Assembly (NCBI GenBank): GCA_030324005.1
Contig: JARDVH010000084.1
Span: forward strand, 49,072,552 to 49,136,551
Source of the DNA: Negaprion brevirostris
Lineage: Eukaryota
Length of the DNA stretch: 64,000 nucleotides
Reading direction: 5' to 3'
Made by a program: the position numbers and the translations under genes. This document shows, one piece after another, positions 51,000 to 64,000 of the stretch. A model generated the notes under the pieces. It saw only the letters and a program-made list of their open reading frames with translations, did not search any database and was not told the DNA's origin. Within the stretch, counting starts at the first letter, position 1. The number at the start of each line of letters is the position of its first letter.

Positions 51000-51515
51000 T
51001 ATAAGGAAGTTATGGTGAACCTTAATAAAACATTGATTAGGTCTTTACCAGAGTAACTCTGGCATCACAAAAGATTTATGAGAATGTTTCCAGGTGTGAG
51101 AAACTTCAGTCATGAGGCTAGACTGAAGAGGCAGAAGTTGTTTTCCTGAGGGAAGATTGAGAGGAGATTTGGCAGAAGTTTCCAAAATTATGGAGAAATT
51201 GTTTCTTATGGCAGAAGGGGTCAAGAATCAGAGGACACCCATTTAAGGTGATTGGCAAAAGAACCAAAGGCAACATGAGGATAAACATTTTTTACAGAGA
51301 ATGGTTGGGATCTGGAATGTACTGCTTGAGAGAATGGTGAAGATAAGCTCAGTCACTTTTCAAAGAGAATAGGATAAATATGTGAAGAGAAAAAAATACA
51401 GAGTGCTGTGAAAGGGCAGTGGAGTGCAACAAACTGAGTTGCACATGCAGAGAGCCAGCATAGGCATGAAGGGCCAAATTGCCTCTTTCTGTGCTGTTAT
51501 CATTCTACGATTCTT
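51000..51515 (+). mobile_element. CR1 LINE 3' fragment
   Basis: RGHPFKVIGKRTKGNMRINIF segment plus tail. Confidence 0.75.
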
Positions 51516-51544
51516 TATTGTTGTCTCTTAAATCCTTCTTTTGC

Positions 51545-52620
51545 ACAATTCCATGTTTAACTCCCTCTAATCATGTTTCCACTCCTTCACTGCACTGAAA
51601 CAGTCATTGTCAAAATCACAAAACATATCCTATATGTCTGCAATCATGGTAAACTATCACTCCTCATTATCCTTGACCTGTCTGCAGCCATGACAAGGTT
51701 AACTTCTCTGTCATCATCCAGCTGTAATTGCCTGATTCTATTCCTGTCTGTCCAGTCATAGCTATACAATCACCTGAAATGGCTTCTCTTCCACCCCAAC
51801 ATAGTTACCGCTGGAGTCCCACAAGAATCTATCTTTGACCCGCTCTATTTCTCATCCAGATATTGCCTCTTGGCAATGTTAATCAAACACAATGTCATGT
51901 TCCACATGCACACCAAAGTTTTTGCATACCATGGCCAGTGTCAACCTCTCCACTGTCTCTGACTTATCACATTGCTTTTCTGAAGGGTTGAACAGAAATT
52001 TCCTCCAATTATGTATTGGAAGCCAAAAGCCAGTGTCTTTGGTCCCTATCACAATTTCATTTCTTAGCCAACTATTCAATCTCTCTCCTGGTCACTGTCA
52101 CAGGCTGAATTGGTAATGGTGTTCTATTTGAAACAGGGATCAGTTTCAAAGCCATAATCTCTTCATCATCAGACTGCTCACTTTCACTTCTGTAATATCA
52201 CCCATCTTCATCACTTAGCTAATGCCTTGCTGAAACCCAAATTCATACCTTTGTTTCCAATGCCCTCCTGTCTTCTCTCTCATCTTGCAACTCTGGAAAT
52301 TTGTATTCATTCAAAGTTTTGCTTCCCATATCCTAATTGGCATCAAGTCCCCTTCACCCATCACTGCTGTGCTCACTGTTCAAGGCCTGGCAAAATCTCT
52401 ATTTTAAAACTCCTGTAATTATTTTCAATTACAATTCTAACCTCAGCCTTCTGCCTTTTTGCATCTCTTTCTTAATATTTTCCTTATGACGTACCTCTTG
52501 GAACAAGCTTTTGATCACCTGTTCTAATTGCTCCTTATATGATTTGTTTGTTAATGCTCATATGAAACACCTTGGACTTTTTAATTACACAAAAATACCA
52601 TATGAATGTAAGTTGTTGTG
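51545..52620 (+). mobile_element. L2-like LINE RT fragment (decayed)
   Basis: HCTETVIVKIT...GKLSLLIILDLSAA (cf. HSTETAL...LLDLSAAFD) and GVPQESI. Confidence 0.7.
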
Positions 52621-55600
52621 ATGTGTAGGTGAAATTTTTTCGTGCCCATCAAAATTTTCACCAGTTAAACCACAAAGCTAATTTTCTATGACCTTAAGTT
52701 CTGTGCTATCACCAGATGGTGACACACAGTGTGGGATGAAGAAGTGATGGTCAAATGTGAGCCTTTTGCACGCCATATGAATATAGAATATAGTGTAATA
52801 TTCACTTCATTAGAAATTTTACATTGCAATATACTTCATTTAAATAATACTTACAGGCCCCAGTAATTGTGATAAAGTAGGTTTTTTTTTAAGTACTGCT
52901 ACTATAATTCTTTTGTGGTCTTATTAATATTGGACTACGGACTATCTCAATGGGGCTTAAATATCATTGTAGCTTCCTAGTTCTTTGTCCTATTGGCACT
53001 GAGGATCTGTCATCAGAGGGCAACAATGGTAGTTTCTACAATTGAAAAGCAGCAAGAGAGAAGGCTGTAACTGGGAAGTTCAGACTGCATTGTAAGGGGA
53101 TTGGATTAGTGGCATTGAGGTTCATCATGAGTTGGAAGGAAATGAAGGCTTGAACTGGGGGATGTATCTGAAACAAGATACTAAACACTGTGGGCATGGA
53201 GTTAAAGATAACATGAAGCACTGGAACCTGGAGTTGAGGAAAGCACGATAACAGATTCTATAGTAGGGAGCAGAGGCCATGGGAAGTGGATCGATGAACA
53301 GCAGAGGAAATGGGAGAGCAGGACCATGTAGCAATTTAACTTTATAAGGAGCGTTGGATACTGATACATCTGTTTTATGGCAAAATATTATTTTTTGGAA
53401 GATATTAATGGGCAATTATTGTGATTACATTAATTTCAAAATACATGATTGATATGATTATAAGTTTTGATTCATCATTTGTCAGAAGTGGCTGACTCTT
53501 GTTTCTGGAATTTGGTTCAAGGAGGAACAATGGCCAACGTGGTCTGGGAGCATGAAGGTCTGAATGGGATCAAATGGGTTCCAGTTTAGGAACTAAGCAA
53601 CTGAAATGACACTATTATTATATATTCTGGTACTGTTGTAGATACAAAACATTTAATAATTTATCAAGTATATGAAGTTATTTTTCAGAGTAACAAAGAT
53701 TAAAAAATGCATCACTTTAAATCAAAGTGAATGGATGGAACTCCTGAAGAGTTCAGGACATTTGGTCGGTGTAGCCAATAAGAGGCATCATGTTCACATC
53801 AGAAGGCACTGAGAGTGACCATCACAGAGCTGCCAACATTAGGAACATTTAATGAGTAGAATATATTAGCCTGGAAATTACTATAAGCAATATTATCATA
53901 CAGCACTTAATGTGCTCTTAACAAATTTCCTCTCACTATTTTACTGGCGGTGTTAACCTGTTTATTTTAAATGGGTTAATGTCTCCAATAAAGTAGTGGA
54001 ACTTGATACAAGTACATCAAATGTGGGTATGATAATGTCACTCACATTAATTTCCAGTCTATTATAATGAAGAGTCAGACCTATTGCATTACCCTTTTAA
54101 ACATATCAAGGCTGAGTTTCTAAATGCATCCTCCAGATGGAAAGAATATGGGGAAATCATGGATGTGTTCCCTAAGCTTTTCTATTTATGAATTTTAATG
54201 ATTGCATATTTGTGGAAAATGTGCCCATAATTTCCCAATATATAAACCGGGCAATCAAGGCCCCTCGTGAGGAATGTGCTTCTGGAATGTTGTTTCTATT
54301 TTAGAGTGAGCTTCACTGAAACAAGATGAATAAGACTTGCGAAGTATACAATCCTTCATTTTATTCTAAAAGACGACATATTTTGATGTATGTTTTAAAG
54401 ATAAACACATTTTCATATGTTTAAATATAATTGCAATCAAAGCTACTCCTAATGATTCTAAATGTTACTCTTAACATTCTTCCTATGTTGACAACTGCAT
54501 AGGAAAATTGCAGACATTGAATAAGATGATTCATAATTTTCCATATTACTGACAGTATATACTTGTCACACATTGCATTTGTTCACTTACATAATAACAA
54601 TCCCTGGACTTCTAAGTATTTGATTTTAGGTGAAGCACTTTGGGTTGTTTCTAAGAGATGTGACAATACGACAGAGAAATGCTGCAGGATCAGGTTAAAA
54701 AGTTAAGGGACACATAGAACTGGGCTTCCACCAATGGGTGAAAATATATGGGATCTGGAACTAGTTTTTTTCAATGGTGAACCTGAATAAATTTGTCCAC
54801 GAAAGAAAATATTTAAGAATTTTTTCTTCTCTGGCTCAGTATGTAAATTTGCTGTTAAGTGTGGAAATTAATTATTCAAAACAGGAAGTCCGCAAGTTCC
54901 ATTTCTGGTCGGTACTCCGTGAATTCATTCCAGCTCAGTAACAATACAGATATTGCTGAATTACAGAGGGAAACCATTAGTGAAAATATAATCCTAAACG
55001 CTAGCCAGGCTTCTGTTGGACAAGCATGTGTGAATGTTTCATAAAGACAGAAATGGATTTGCTGTGATTCCTCCCACGACTGAATAACCTGCTAATGTTC
55101 ATATATGAAGAATGACCACTTGGACAAGATAGAGAAGCCCCTGATCCTGGGTAGAATTGTACTCCAGCATAAGCCAATCTCTTCAGAAGAGATGGAAAGG
55201 TTAAAAAATCTCAACCATAACTTCTAAATTGTCATGTTTAAAAATTCTTCCTCTACATAGTATGACAATGAGCATTTTATCCATGTTAAACTACACAAGC
55301 TAATTTAGATAATGATGATAATAATAATAATCTTAGCCTAACTTTGCAGCTTGTGTTTGAAGAATTCAACATCAGCAGCATCTCCATGAGTTGACATTGC
55401 CATTCCCAAGGTTGCATGAAATTACTTTTTAATTGCAGGTTATAATGGACCATTTTTCCCCGCAGTTGTAATTTATTGACTTTTATCTGGAGTTTAAGAT
55501 AATGTAGCTGGTGACCTGAACAGAATATGCAGATCAACACGGACAGAGATTATTTTATACCCTTTGTTTTTTTTCCATCAATTTTCACCCACCTCTTGTG

Positions 55601-55669
55601 GTGCCACTAGCACAGATTTTCCCTTTTACTTCCTAGGTGCCAATCCTGGCCTCTGTGGAATAAAGAAAC

Positions 55670-56155
55670 CCAGAAACTAGAAGCAGGAATAGGCCATTCG
55701 GTTGTTCAAGCATGCTCCACCATTCATTTTTATCAAGACTGATCATCAAGTTCAATACCCTGATGCCCCTTACCCCCATATCTCCTGATCCCTTTAGCTC
55801 CAAGAACTATATTGAATGCCTTCTTGAAATCGGACAACGTTTTGGCCTCAACTACTTTCTGTGGTAGTGAATTCTGCACGTTCACCACCCTCTGGGTGAA
55901 AGAAATTTTCCTCAGCTCTGTTTTAAAATGTTTACCCCTTATCCTCAAACTTTGACCCCTATTTCTGGACTCCCCCATCACCGGGAACATTCCTTCTGAA
56001 TCTACCCTGTCTAACCTGTTAGAATATTACAACTTTCTATGAGATACCGTCTCACTCTGCTAAACTCCAGTGGATATATTGTAACTGACTTAATCTCCCC
56101 TCCTATGGCAGACCTGTCATCCCAGGAATCAGCCTTTGCTGTACTCCCTCTATAG
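55670..56155 (-). mobile_element. CR1 LINE 3' fragment
   Basis: MFPVMGESRNRGQSLRIRGKHFKTELRKISFTQRVVN. Confidence 0.85.
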
Positions 56156-56559
56156 CAAGAAAATAAACTCGGGAGAATCAATCAGATTTTCCTTCCATTG
56201 ACTGTATTAGTAGACTATTTGACTTGTGGACAACAGCAGGGCAGTGTATCAAAGCCAANNNNNNNNNNNNNNNNNNNNNNNNNNNNNNNNNNNNNNNNNN
56301 NNNNNNNNNNNNNNNNNNNNNNNNNNNNNNNNNNNNNNNNNNNNNNNNNNNNNNNNNNGAGTCCAAACTGACCCTAAGATTACTATAGCAAAGTGTGGGA
56401 GTCACAGCTTTTTAGAGTCAGCGTAAATGCTCACGTATAGCAAATAGTCTGTAGAACTGTCATGGTATGAAGTTACTTTATTTCCCAGTCCTTTAAAACA
56501 AAACAGACTGCCTGTTTCAGTGAAAGTTTTTTTAAATGTTCTAACAGTTACAACAGCTG

Positions 56560-58690
56560 TTTGTTGACACTTTTCCAAGAAATAACTCCCATGAAAACAA
56601 TACCCCTTTACCAAATCCAGATTTACTTACAACAGTTAGTACTGCTCAGACTACTTCTGCATGGTTCCTGGATTGGAAGCATTAACTGCCTCAATCAGGG
56701 AGCTCATATTCTAACGTTAAAGTCAATGCAAATACCTCCTTCCCCGCTCCATCAGGCACGAGGCACCTCAGCAAGTTGTTCACTTTGTAAACGTTTTATG
56801 GCTTTTCAATGCTGGGTCCGGTTACTCCATCGGAGAATGGTATGAATGGTATGCTTTGTCTGTATAGCACACAAGAAACAATAATTTTCACTGTATGCTA
56901 ATACATGTGACAATAATAAATCAAATCAAATCAAAGGAAGTCAGTGGGGTATAGCAGGTCGGAGCTCACCTCTTTCATCGCGAACGTCAAGGCACAGGTT
57001 CACTTTCTTCATCGGGCAGCAAAGGGGGTCAACACAGCTAAGTCCATCATGTCCATTTTGGACTACAAGGTTTCATTGATCAGATACACAGAGTGGAAGC
57101 CAGTGGGTCCCAGAATTTCTTCCGAGGCTCCCGATGTGCTGGGTTTAGATTGTTCTGGCATGGTCAAGGGCTTTATGGCTTTTAAGTGGACTAGGTGTTT
57201 TCGTAGGAAACTGGTCTGCCCTTGAGTCACTCTTTCCGCAAGGCCACGAGATGATGAGTGATAACACGCTGTCCTAATACATTGAATTTCACTGGTAAAG
57301 GATGCTCCATTGCCAAAAACCAGCACCATCGGGCTCCCATGTGTCATGAAAGAGGTGCAAAGTTTCTTCACTATCGTTCTTGAGTTTAATGAATTTACTC
57401 TGTGTACATCCAGCCATTTTGAGTGAGCATTCACCATTACAAGGAACATTGAAGACATAAACTTACCAGCTTGATCAATGTGTAGCCGAGTCCACGAGTC
57501 CCTGTCATCCCAAGCATGCAGAGGAGCTGCTAGTGATAGCTTCTGCCCTTTTTGACATTGTAGTCACTGACCCAAGCTCAGCTTTGACTGTATCCATGCC
57601 TGGTCACCAAACATAACTCCTTGTGAGCATTTTCATTTTTGTTACTCCAGGGTGATCATGGTGAAACTCAGTCTAGCTGGGATGGCTGCCCTGGTTTGGG
57701 CTCACATCTCTGGAGCTCCATAGGAGTATGCCATCTTCCACGGTCAACTGCTCTCTTTGGCACTACTATGAATGGAATGTAGGTTGCAATGGCCTTTTTG
57801 TTTCCCTTGTACTAGCTGTACTAGTACTAGTGAAACAGTACTAGCTGTTTCAATTTTGAGAGGACTGGGTCATTTTGCATCCACAACCAAATATTATTTG
57901 ATACCACTGGGAGAGTTTCCATAAAGTTCATTATCATCATGATCTCTTCCATTGTGGGTACCACTGGTAGGGTGTCTGCAAACGGTAGCTGACTCAAGGC
58001 ACCTGCGTTGGCTGTTCAGTTACACCTGGACAGTGTTCCAAACCAGAGTTGTAGTTGGCCACAATATAGCCCACCACTGGATTAGGGCTGATACCATGTG
58101 CTTTGTCCTCCTTTAGCAATGGCGTGTGTTCTGTAATAAATCCAAATTATCTCCTATTCGAGTACTATCTCCTATTCGAGTTTCTTAACACCGACTATCA
58201 CTGCCAATCCTTCTTTTTCATTGTGCACATATTTGTGTTCCATGATAGCCAAGGTCCTGGAAGCATACGCAATTTCCATTTGGTCACTTATATGTTAGTA
58301 CTGCCCTGATTCCACATGAGGATGCATCACACGTCAGTAGTAGCTCTCTCCTGGGATCATAACGTGCCAGAACATAATTTTGATGAGGAAAACTATTGCT
58401 TTATTTTACTAAAAGCTAAGGATTGACTGGAAGGCCAATTCCAAGGCTGCTCCTATTTTAGTAGTTGATGTAATGGGACCAGAATGGTGACAAGTTTGTG
58501 TCTTAAAGTTTCCCATAATAGGTTACCAAGTCCCAAAATGATCTTACTTCCTGGATGGACGTGGGAGTCTTTGGTCACTTGAATCTTCTCTCTCAAAGGA
58601 CGTAGACCAGATTTATCTACTCTGTAGCCCTGATAGGTCACTTGGGGAACCTGGAATACACTCTCATGCCCTCTCATTTGCCATGCTTTC
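56560..58690 (-). mobile_element. Ty3/Gypsy LTR retrotransposon pol remnant (RT end, RNase H, integrase)
   Basis: QVTYQGYRVDKSGLRP (RT), LTCDASSCGI (RNase H), FLVMVNAHSKW...THGSP...GNG..FTSE...YHSSSRGLAER (integrase); many frameshifts. Confidence 0.85.
56841..56935 (+). mobile_element. Rex1-type LINE 3' tip inserted in the Gypsy element
   Basis: Nearly the same sequence as 63780-63865; ends in (TCAAA)n. Confidence 0.8.
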
Positions 58691-58694
58691 ATGA

Positions 58695-59285
58695 GGTGTT
58701 TTTCCTATCCACTCTGCCCAGAGTCCTTCAGAATTTGAATACCAAATTTCCTTTCTGTCTTCTCTTCTCCAAGGAAAACAGCCCAAACTTCTCCAATCAA
58801 TCTTCATAACCTAAGATCTTCAATTCTGGAACCATTCTCATAAATCTGCTTTGCACTCTCTCCTATGCCTTCATAAAACTGTGGCACCCAGAACTGGATG
58901 CAATTTCCAGCTGAGGCTGAATTAGTGTCTTACAAAAGCTTAACATAACCTCTTTGCTCTTGTAATCTATGCCCCTATTAATAAAGCCTGGGATCTATCT
59001 GCTTTATTAACTGTGCTCTCAATCTGTCCTGCCATCTTCAAATACTTGTGTACAAATACATCCCGGTCCCTCTGTTCCTGCACCTCCCTCGAGTTCAACC
59101 CTTGTTATATTGTTCTCCAAGTTCCTCTGACCAAAATGAATCACCTCACACTCCCCACACTGAACTTCATCTGCTACCGGCCTGCACATTGCATCAATCT
59201 GTATACATCCTTCTAAGTTCTACACTAACCTTCTCACAGTTAGCAATGCCTCCAAGTTTTGTATTAACTGCAAATTTTGAAACTG
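58695..59285 (-). mobile_element. CR1-like LINE fragment
   Basis: Reverse complement contains KFAVNTKLGG, WQMKF and LHPVLGAT-type segments. A separate + strand CR1 tail lies at 59310-59422. Confidence 0.7.
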
Positions 59286-62200
59286 GGCGCTATCCAGCAA
59301 GGTTTTAATGGGATTGGGGGTTATAGATAGGTCTATAGATTGGTAGGTGTTGATGTGATCGGCGCAACTCGCGGGCCGAAGGGCCTGTTTGTGCTGTAGT
59401 GTTCTATGCTGTAGTGTTCTATAAAAGTTTCCTTGCCTTGTGTCAGGTACAGTATCCCAGCTGAAAGCAACTAGCTCAGGAATAGAATCTGGGACTCTCT
59501 TGGTTTGTTTAGTTTTGCTATCCTCTGGGCAGCATAACTAAATCATGGGTGGAACCCTCATTAATGCATTTGGAAATAATTTGGGTATAAAATTTAGGCT
59601 TCATCAGCACTACAAATGTAATATAGTGCAATAGTAATTACATTTATTCTATAGTTTTTAATATTGACAGATGAAACCCACCCACTTCCCCTGCACCCCA
59701 TACATCCACTCCCCACTCCCCACCCCCAACCCTCCATTGCCTTTTTCACTCAGAATGACCTTTGCAGAAAAAGTCATGTGTGTGGATGTTAAGGACGACA
59801 TGATGTTAAACTATACAACAGTCTCATGATTGAATCATTGGAGATTCATTGAGGGGGCTGTGTGTCCAATACCTGTAGGACTGTACCCTAGACTAAGTAA
59901 GGTTCTACAAAAAGGGCTTGGAGAAAATTGGTGCAGAGATAAAGAAATTCCATTGTATTTTCTTCACTGTTTGTGAATCCAATAAAGGTCATTTATTGAA
60001 TAATTAAGAACAGCAGAGCAATTATTTTCTAGTCACTGAACAGTACGCACTTTCATTTATTCCCTTTAGTCAGACCAGTTGGTTTGTGCTGTTTGCTTTT
60101 ACAATGAAGATCAATTAGCTTTTCCATCATCCATGATACTATTTATTTCAGACATGATCTGAATAATTTCAAGTAAATCAATTACTGTGGATTTGTTGGT
60201 AATGATTTCTGTAAGTTCCACAGGCCTAGTTCCACTGTGATCATACGATCCACCTGGAGACATAATCTCATCTAATCCAAGACCCGGTCTATGAGTATGA
60301 GAGTCAAGGGACACTTATTCCATTTTCTTGACTTTGCTCTTTCAAATGTCGCAACCGCTGTTGGAATAGTTCCATAGCATTCTGGAAGCATCCACAAATT
60401 TATCCAAATGGTCATTCTTTCACTCTTTACATTTCAGCTTGAAGAGTGGCTATGGGCAGGTTATTCTACTTTTTGAGGAGAGCGGAATGGATAGGGGAGG
60501 GTGGGGGATATTGCAATTACAAACAGACTGACCCTGTTCTCATCCAGTGTCTACATCGGCATATTTTCCAACTGCAGTCATGCAATCGTAGAAACCTACA
60601 GCACAGGAGACCATTCGATCTACCTTGCTCGCACTGGTTCTTTGAAAGATCAGTGCATAGCTTCATAACCCCTCTTTTTGTGCATAACCTGGTGAGTTCC
60701 TCATTCTCATACAACACAATATTAAAATTGTTACTTACCTGACAAAAATCATGAGCAGCCTCTCTGAAACAGAGCCCCCCCTCCCCCACACCCCCCACCC
60801 ACCCAGCTCCATCTTATTCCAGGCTCATTGCTGCCAGAGAATACAGTTCTGATGAGTTCCAGTGGCTGTGTTGGTCAAAATAAAAAGTGGATAGTCTCTT
60901 GCCAGACAATATAAAATGGACCAACTTCATCTACTATGCATTTATTCTTGACTTATCTTTTGAAGAAGGAGCATTCTCTCTTAACCTCCTTTGGTTGGAA
61001 GTTTGGAAGACAAAGATTAATGTTTTTGGTTGTTACATACAATATGGAGCCAGAATTCACTGACACAAATAACTGTCCGCTCACCAACGTTTTGGTTTTG
61101 TTACAGTAGTTTCACAATAGGGAGTGGCTCAAAGATACTTTTTCTGTCCACCCCAGTGGATTTGTGGAAAAATACGCCATCTATTTTGACAGTTGTGACA
61201 ATGACCAAGCTGTGTTCCTGAAGGGCAAAAGAAATATCTGTCGACCAGGATTTCCACTCATGTATTTGGCAAAAATAATACCCCAGTTGAATAGCGAAGC
61301 ATTTACTTTATGGTGGCTGGACAATATATTCACATTTGAACACTTATCTTTCAGGCTCAATAAAGAATGTATGACCACTGTTCTAAGGTACTGCAGAGCT
61401 ACAGATACTCATGGACCTGTACTCTATAGAACAGGGAAGAAAGCAGCTGGAGAAATAATTCCATAACAAGATACTCTTGCTATGTGAAGGCCTGTAGAGT
61501 TGCAGTTTTGGAGATTGGAACAAATCTGTGTGAAAATTTCAAGCTTCAAACACTCTTCTTGAACTTTAACTTTCCTTCAGCAGTTGCCAAGTTGATGAAA
61601 AGGAATTTCAACTGTACATAAAAAGAATCTTGTTTTTACTCAATAAAATGCCTTTTGATACAGACTAGCCTGTGTTAGCTAACAATGGAAGTTCTTGGCA
61701 TGTTACAAAAATAGCAACTATATAATAAACATGATGTGCTAACCAAAAACTAGTGATATTACTTTTAATAAAAATAAAATAAAACATCTGATTTTACTAG
61801 GCCTGTACAGCAAGATATGCTGCAGAATTTCTTCATTCCTATTTGCTCTCTATAATACCTTCACTTTAACTTGCAGCTAAAGACTGCACATATGATGGAG
61901 AGCCCTTATATCTATCCACTTAAAATGACATTGTTTCTTCCTCCTTATCTGTATTAATTCCTTTAGCCTCCCACCCCATTGCCCGGCTACATAGCAGTTC
62001 TTCAATATCCGAAAACTTAAAGCCACTGGGGGATGTTGAGCTGAGGGAAGGGAGGAAAGGAAAAGTTGCATGATTACACCGGTAATGAATTGTAAATCAA
62101 AATAGTTTATGGGATGGGGTGAGGGAAGTGGGATTTTAGAAGGTGCGTACTAGGTAGGAATGTACTGACAGCCTGATGGTTTAGCCATTGGCCATGGATT

Positions 62201-62324
62201 CAGAGACTGCCAATCCAGTGCTGGCCAGCAATATCTCTTCCGTGGGTCAAGAACATGCAGCCATACCAGTAACCCGCTCCTCCACCCTAAATAGAATATT
62301 GTATCTAGTTTTTGTCATCACACT

Positions 62325-63865
62325 TTAAAAAAGACAGCGTACCTTAATGACTATCGCCTGGTTGCTCCAACATCAATCATAATGAAGTGCTTCGAAAGGC
62401 TAATCATGACACAAATCAATGCCAGCCTCCCAGATGCCTGAGTTCACTACAATTCACCTACTGCCGCAACAGTCTACAGCAGATGCCATCTCACTGGCCC
62501 TGCAGGTAAAGGGAACACCTAGATAACAAAGACACCAATGTCAGACTCCTATTTATTGACTACAGCTCAGCCTTCAACAACATTATTCCCATGAAACTCA
62601 ACTCCAAATTCTGTGGTTTGGGTCTCGGTTCCTTCATCTGCAACTGGATCCTGAACTTCCTAACCCACAGACTGCAATCAGTAAGGACAGGCAACAACAT
62701 CTCCTCCACGATCAACCTCAACACCAGTTCCCTGCAAGGCTGTGTCCTCAGCCACTTACCATACTCCTTATACACCAAGACTGTGTGGCCAAATTCACCT
62801 CCAACTTGGATTTTCGAGTTGCTGATGACACCACCGTAGTGGTTCGGATCTAAAACAATGACGAGATAGAACATAGGAAAGAGAATCTGCTGAACTGGTG
62901 GAATAACAAATATCTCTCTCATCAACTTCAGGAAGTGTAGTGAAGAAGATGACCCTGTTTATATCAATGGAGATGAAGTAGAAATGGTCGAGACCTTCAT
63001 GTTTTTAGGTGTCCAGATCACCAACAACCTGTCCTGGTCACTCTATGCCGACATGTTAGTTAAGAAAGCCCCACCAATGACTCTACTTTCTCAGGAGACT
63101 AAGGAAATTTATCATGTTCGCTACGAATCTCATCAACTTTTACTGATGCAACATAGAAAGCATTCCGTCTGGTTATATCACAGCTTGGTATGGCTCCTGC
63201 TCTGCTCAAGATCACAAAAAACAACAGAAAAACGTGATCGAAGTCCATTCCATCACTCAAGCCATCTTTGTATATTTTGATTTTAGTCTGTTCTTCAATT
63301 CTTTTCACTTCCTGCTGTCGTTGTTCATTATTTTGCCATTTGCTCCTCCTTTAGCAAAATCCATTTTTTTTTACTTTCCCTATTACCACCCCCTTTGGCC
63401 TTGTACTACAAATTCATCAGTTATTTAATTCCCTTCATTCTCCATCCTATCACAGATCCATTTTGTTCTTTCCACACCCTGCCTGCCTTTCACTTACTTA
63501 AAACCTTACTTAAAACCATTGACACGGTCTACAATCCCTGCTGCCTTGGAAGAGCAGCCAGCATAATTAAGGACCCCCACACAGCCCGGATATACTTTCT
63601 CCCACCTTTTTCCGTCAGGAAAAAAATGCTAAAGTCTAAAGAAATGTACCAACCGACTCAAGAACAGCTTCCTCCCTTCTGCCATCAGACTTTTGAATGG
63701 ACCTACCTCACATTAAGTTGATTTTTCTCTACAACCTACCTATGACTATAACACTACATTCTGTACTCTCTCCTCCTCTATGAACAGTAAGTTTTGTCAG
63801 TGTAGCGCACAAGAAACAATACTTTTCACTGTCGACCAATATATGTGACAATAATAAATCAAATG
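62325..63865 (+). mobile_element. Rex1/Babar-type LINE, 5'-truncated and decayed, with an internal insertion at ~63265-63520
   Basis: [87 protein letters not shown]; tail aataataaatcaaat. Confidence 0.88.
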
Positions 63866-64000
63866 AAAGGCATAATGGATCACATATCTTCACGCTGTTC
63901 CAGAATATTTGATGCATTTTGGTGGTGGTGGGGGAGGGGGGGTGGTGGGGGCTGGGGGAGGAGAGAGAGAGAAGCTAGATAAGTAAATTTGGAGATAGGG

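Noticed and set aside
60849-60856. Isolated CTGATGAG (also at ~35603) as a hammerhead core
   Set aside because: No stem II followed by GAAA.
1-64000. CRISPR arrays, operons, tRNA or rRNA genes
   Set aside because: This is vertebrate DNA; the tRNA-like A/B boxes all belong to SINE heads, and no regular repeat-spacer array was seen.

Overview
Vertebrate genomic DNA, most likely an elasmobranch (shark) draft scaffold, judged from V-SINE/HE1-type SINEs, Deu-domain SINEs, CR1/L2/Rex1 LINEs and many 100-N gaps. The minus strand carries the intronless gene FOXD3 (CDS 40216-41349). About 5.7 kb downstream lie the first 10 coding exons of ALG6 (34493 to 5148), in the same order and orientation as in human; the remaining ALG6 exons were not found here. 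ALG6 has a clear U12-type AT-AC intron (20639-21611). A ~15 kb repeat-free, CpG-retaining domain surrounds FOXD3. Most striking: positions 1-~2400, inside an ALG6 intron, hold a decayed, frameshifted sequence on the + strand. Its translated pieces align by eye with filovirus L (RdRp) protein at the N-terminus, the connector region and duplicated C-terminal pieces, making it a candidate filovirus-like endogenous viral element in a cartilaginous fish. Also present: an inverted pair of hammerhead-ribozyme-like repeats in a triple-nested insertion, and evidence of SINE 3'-tail swapping between LINE partners. All similarities were made by eye against remembered sequences; no database search was run, and repeat boundaries are approximate.
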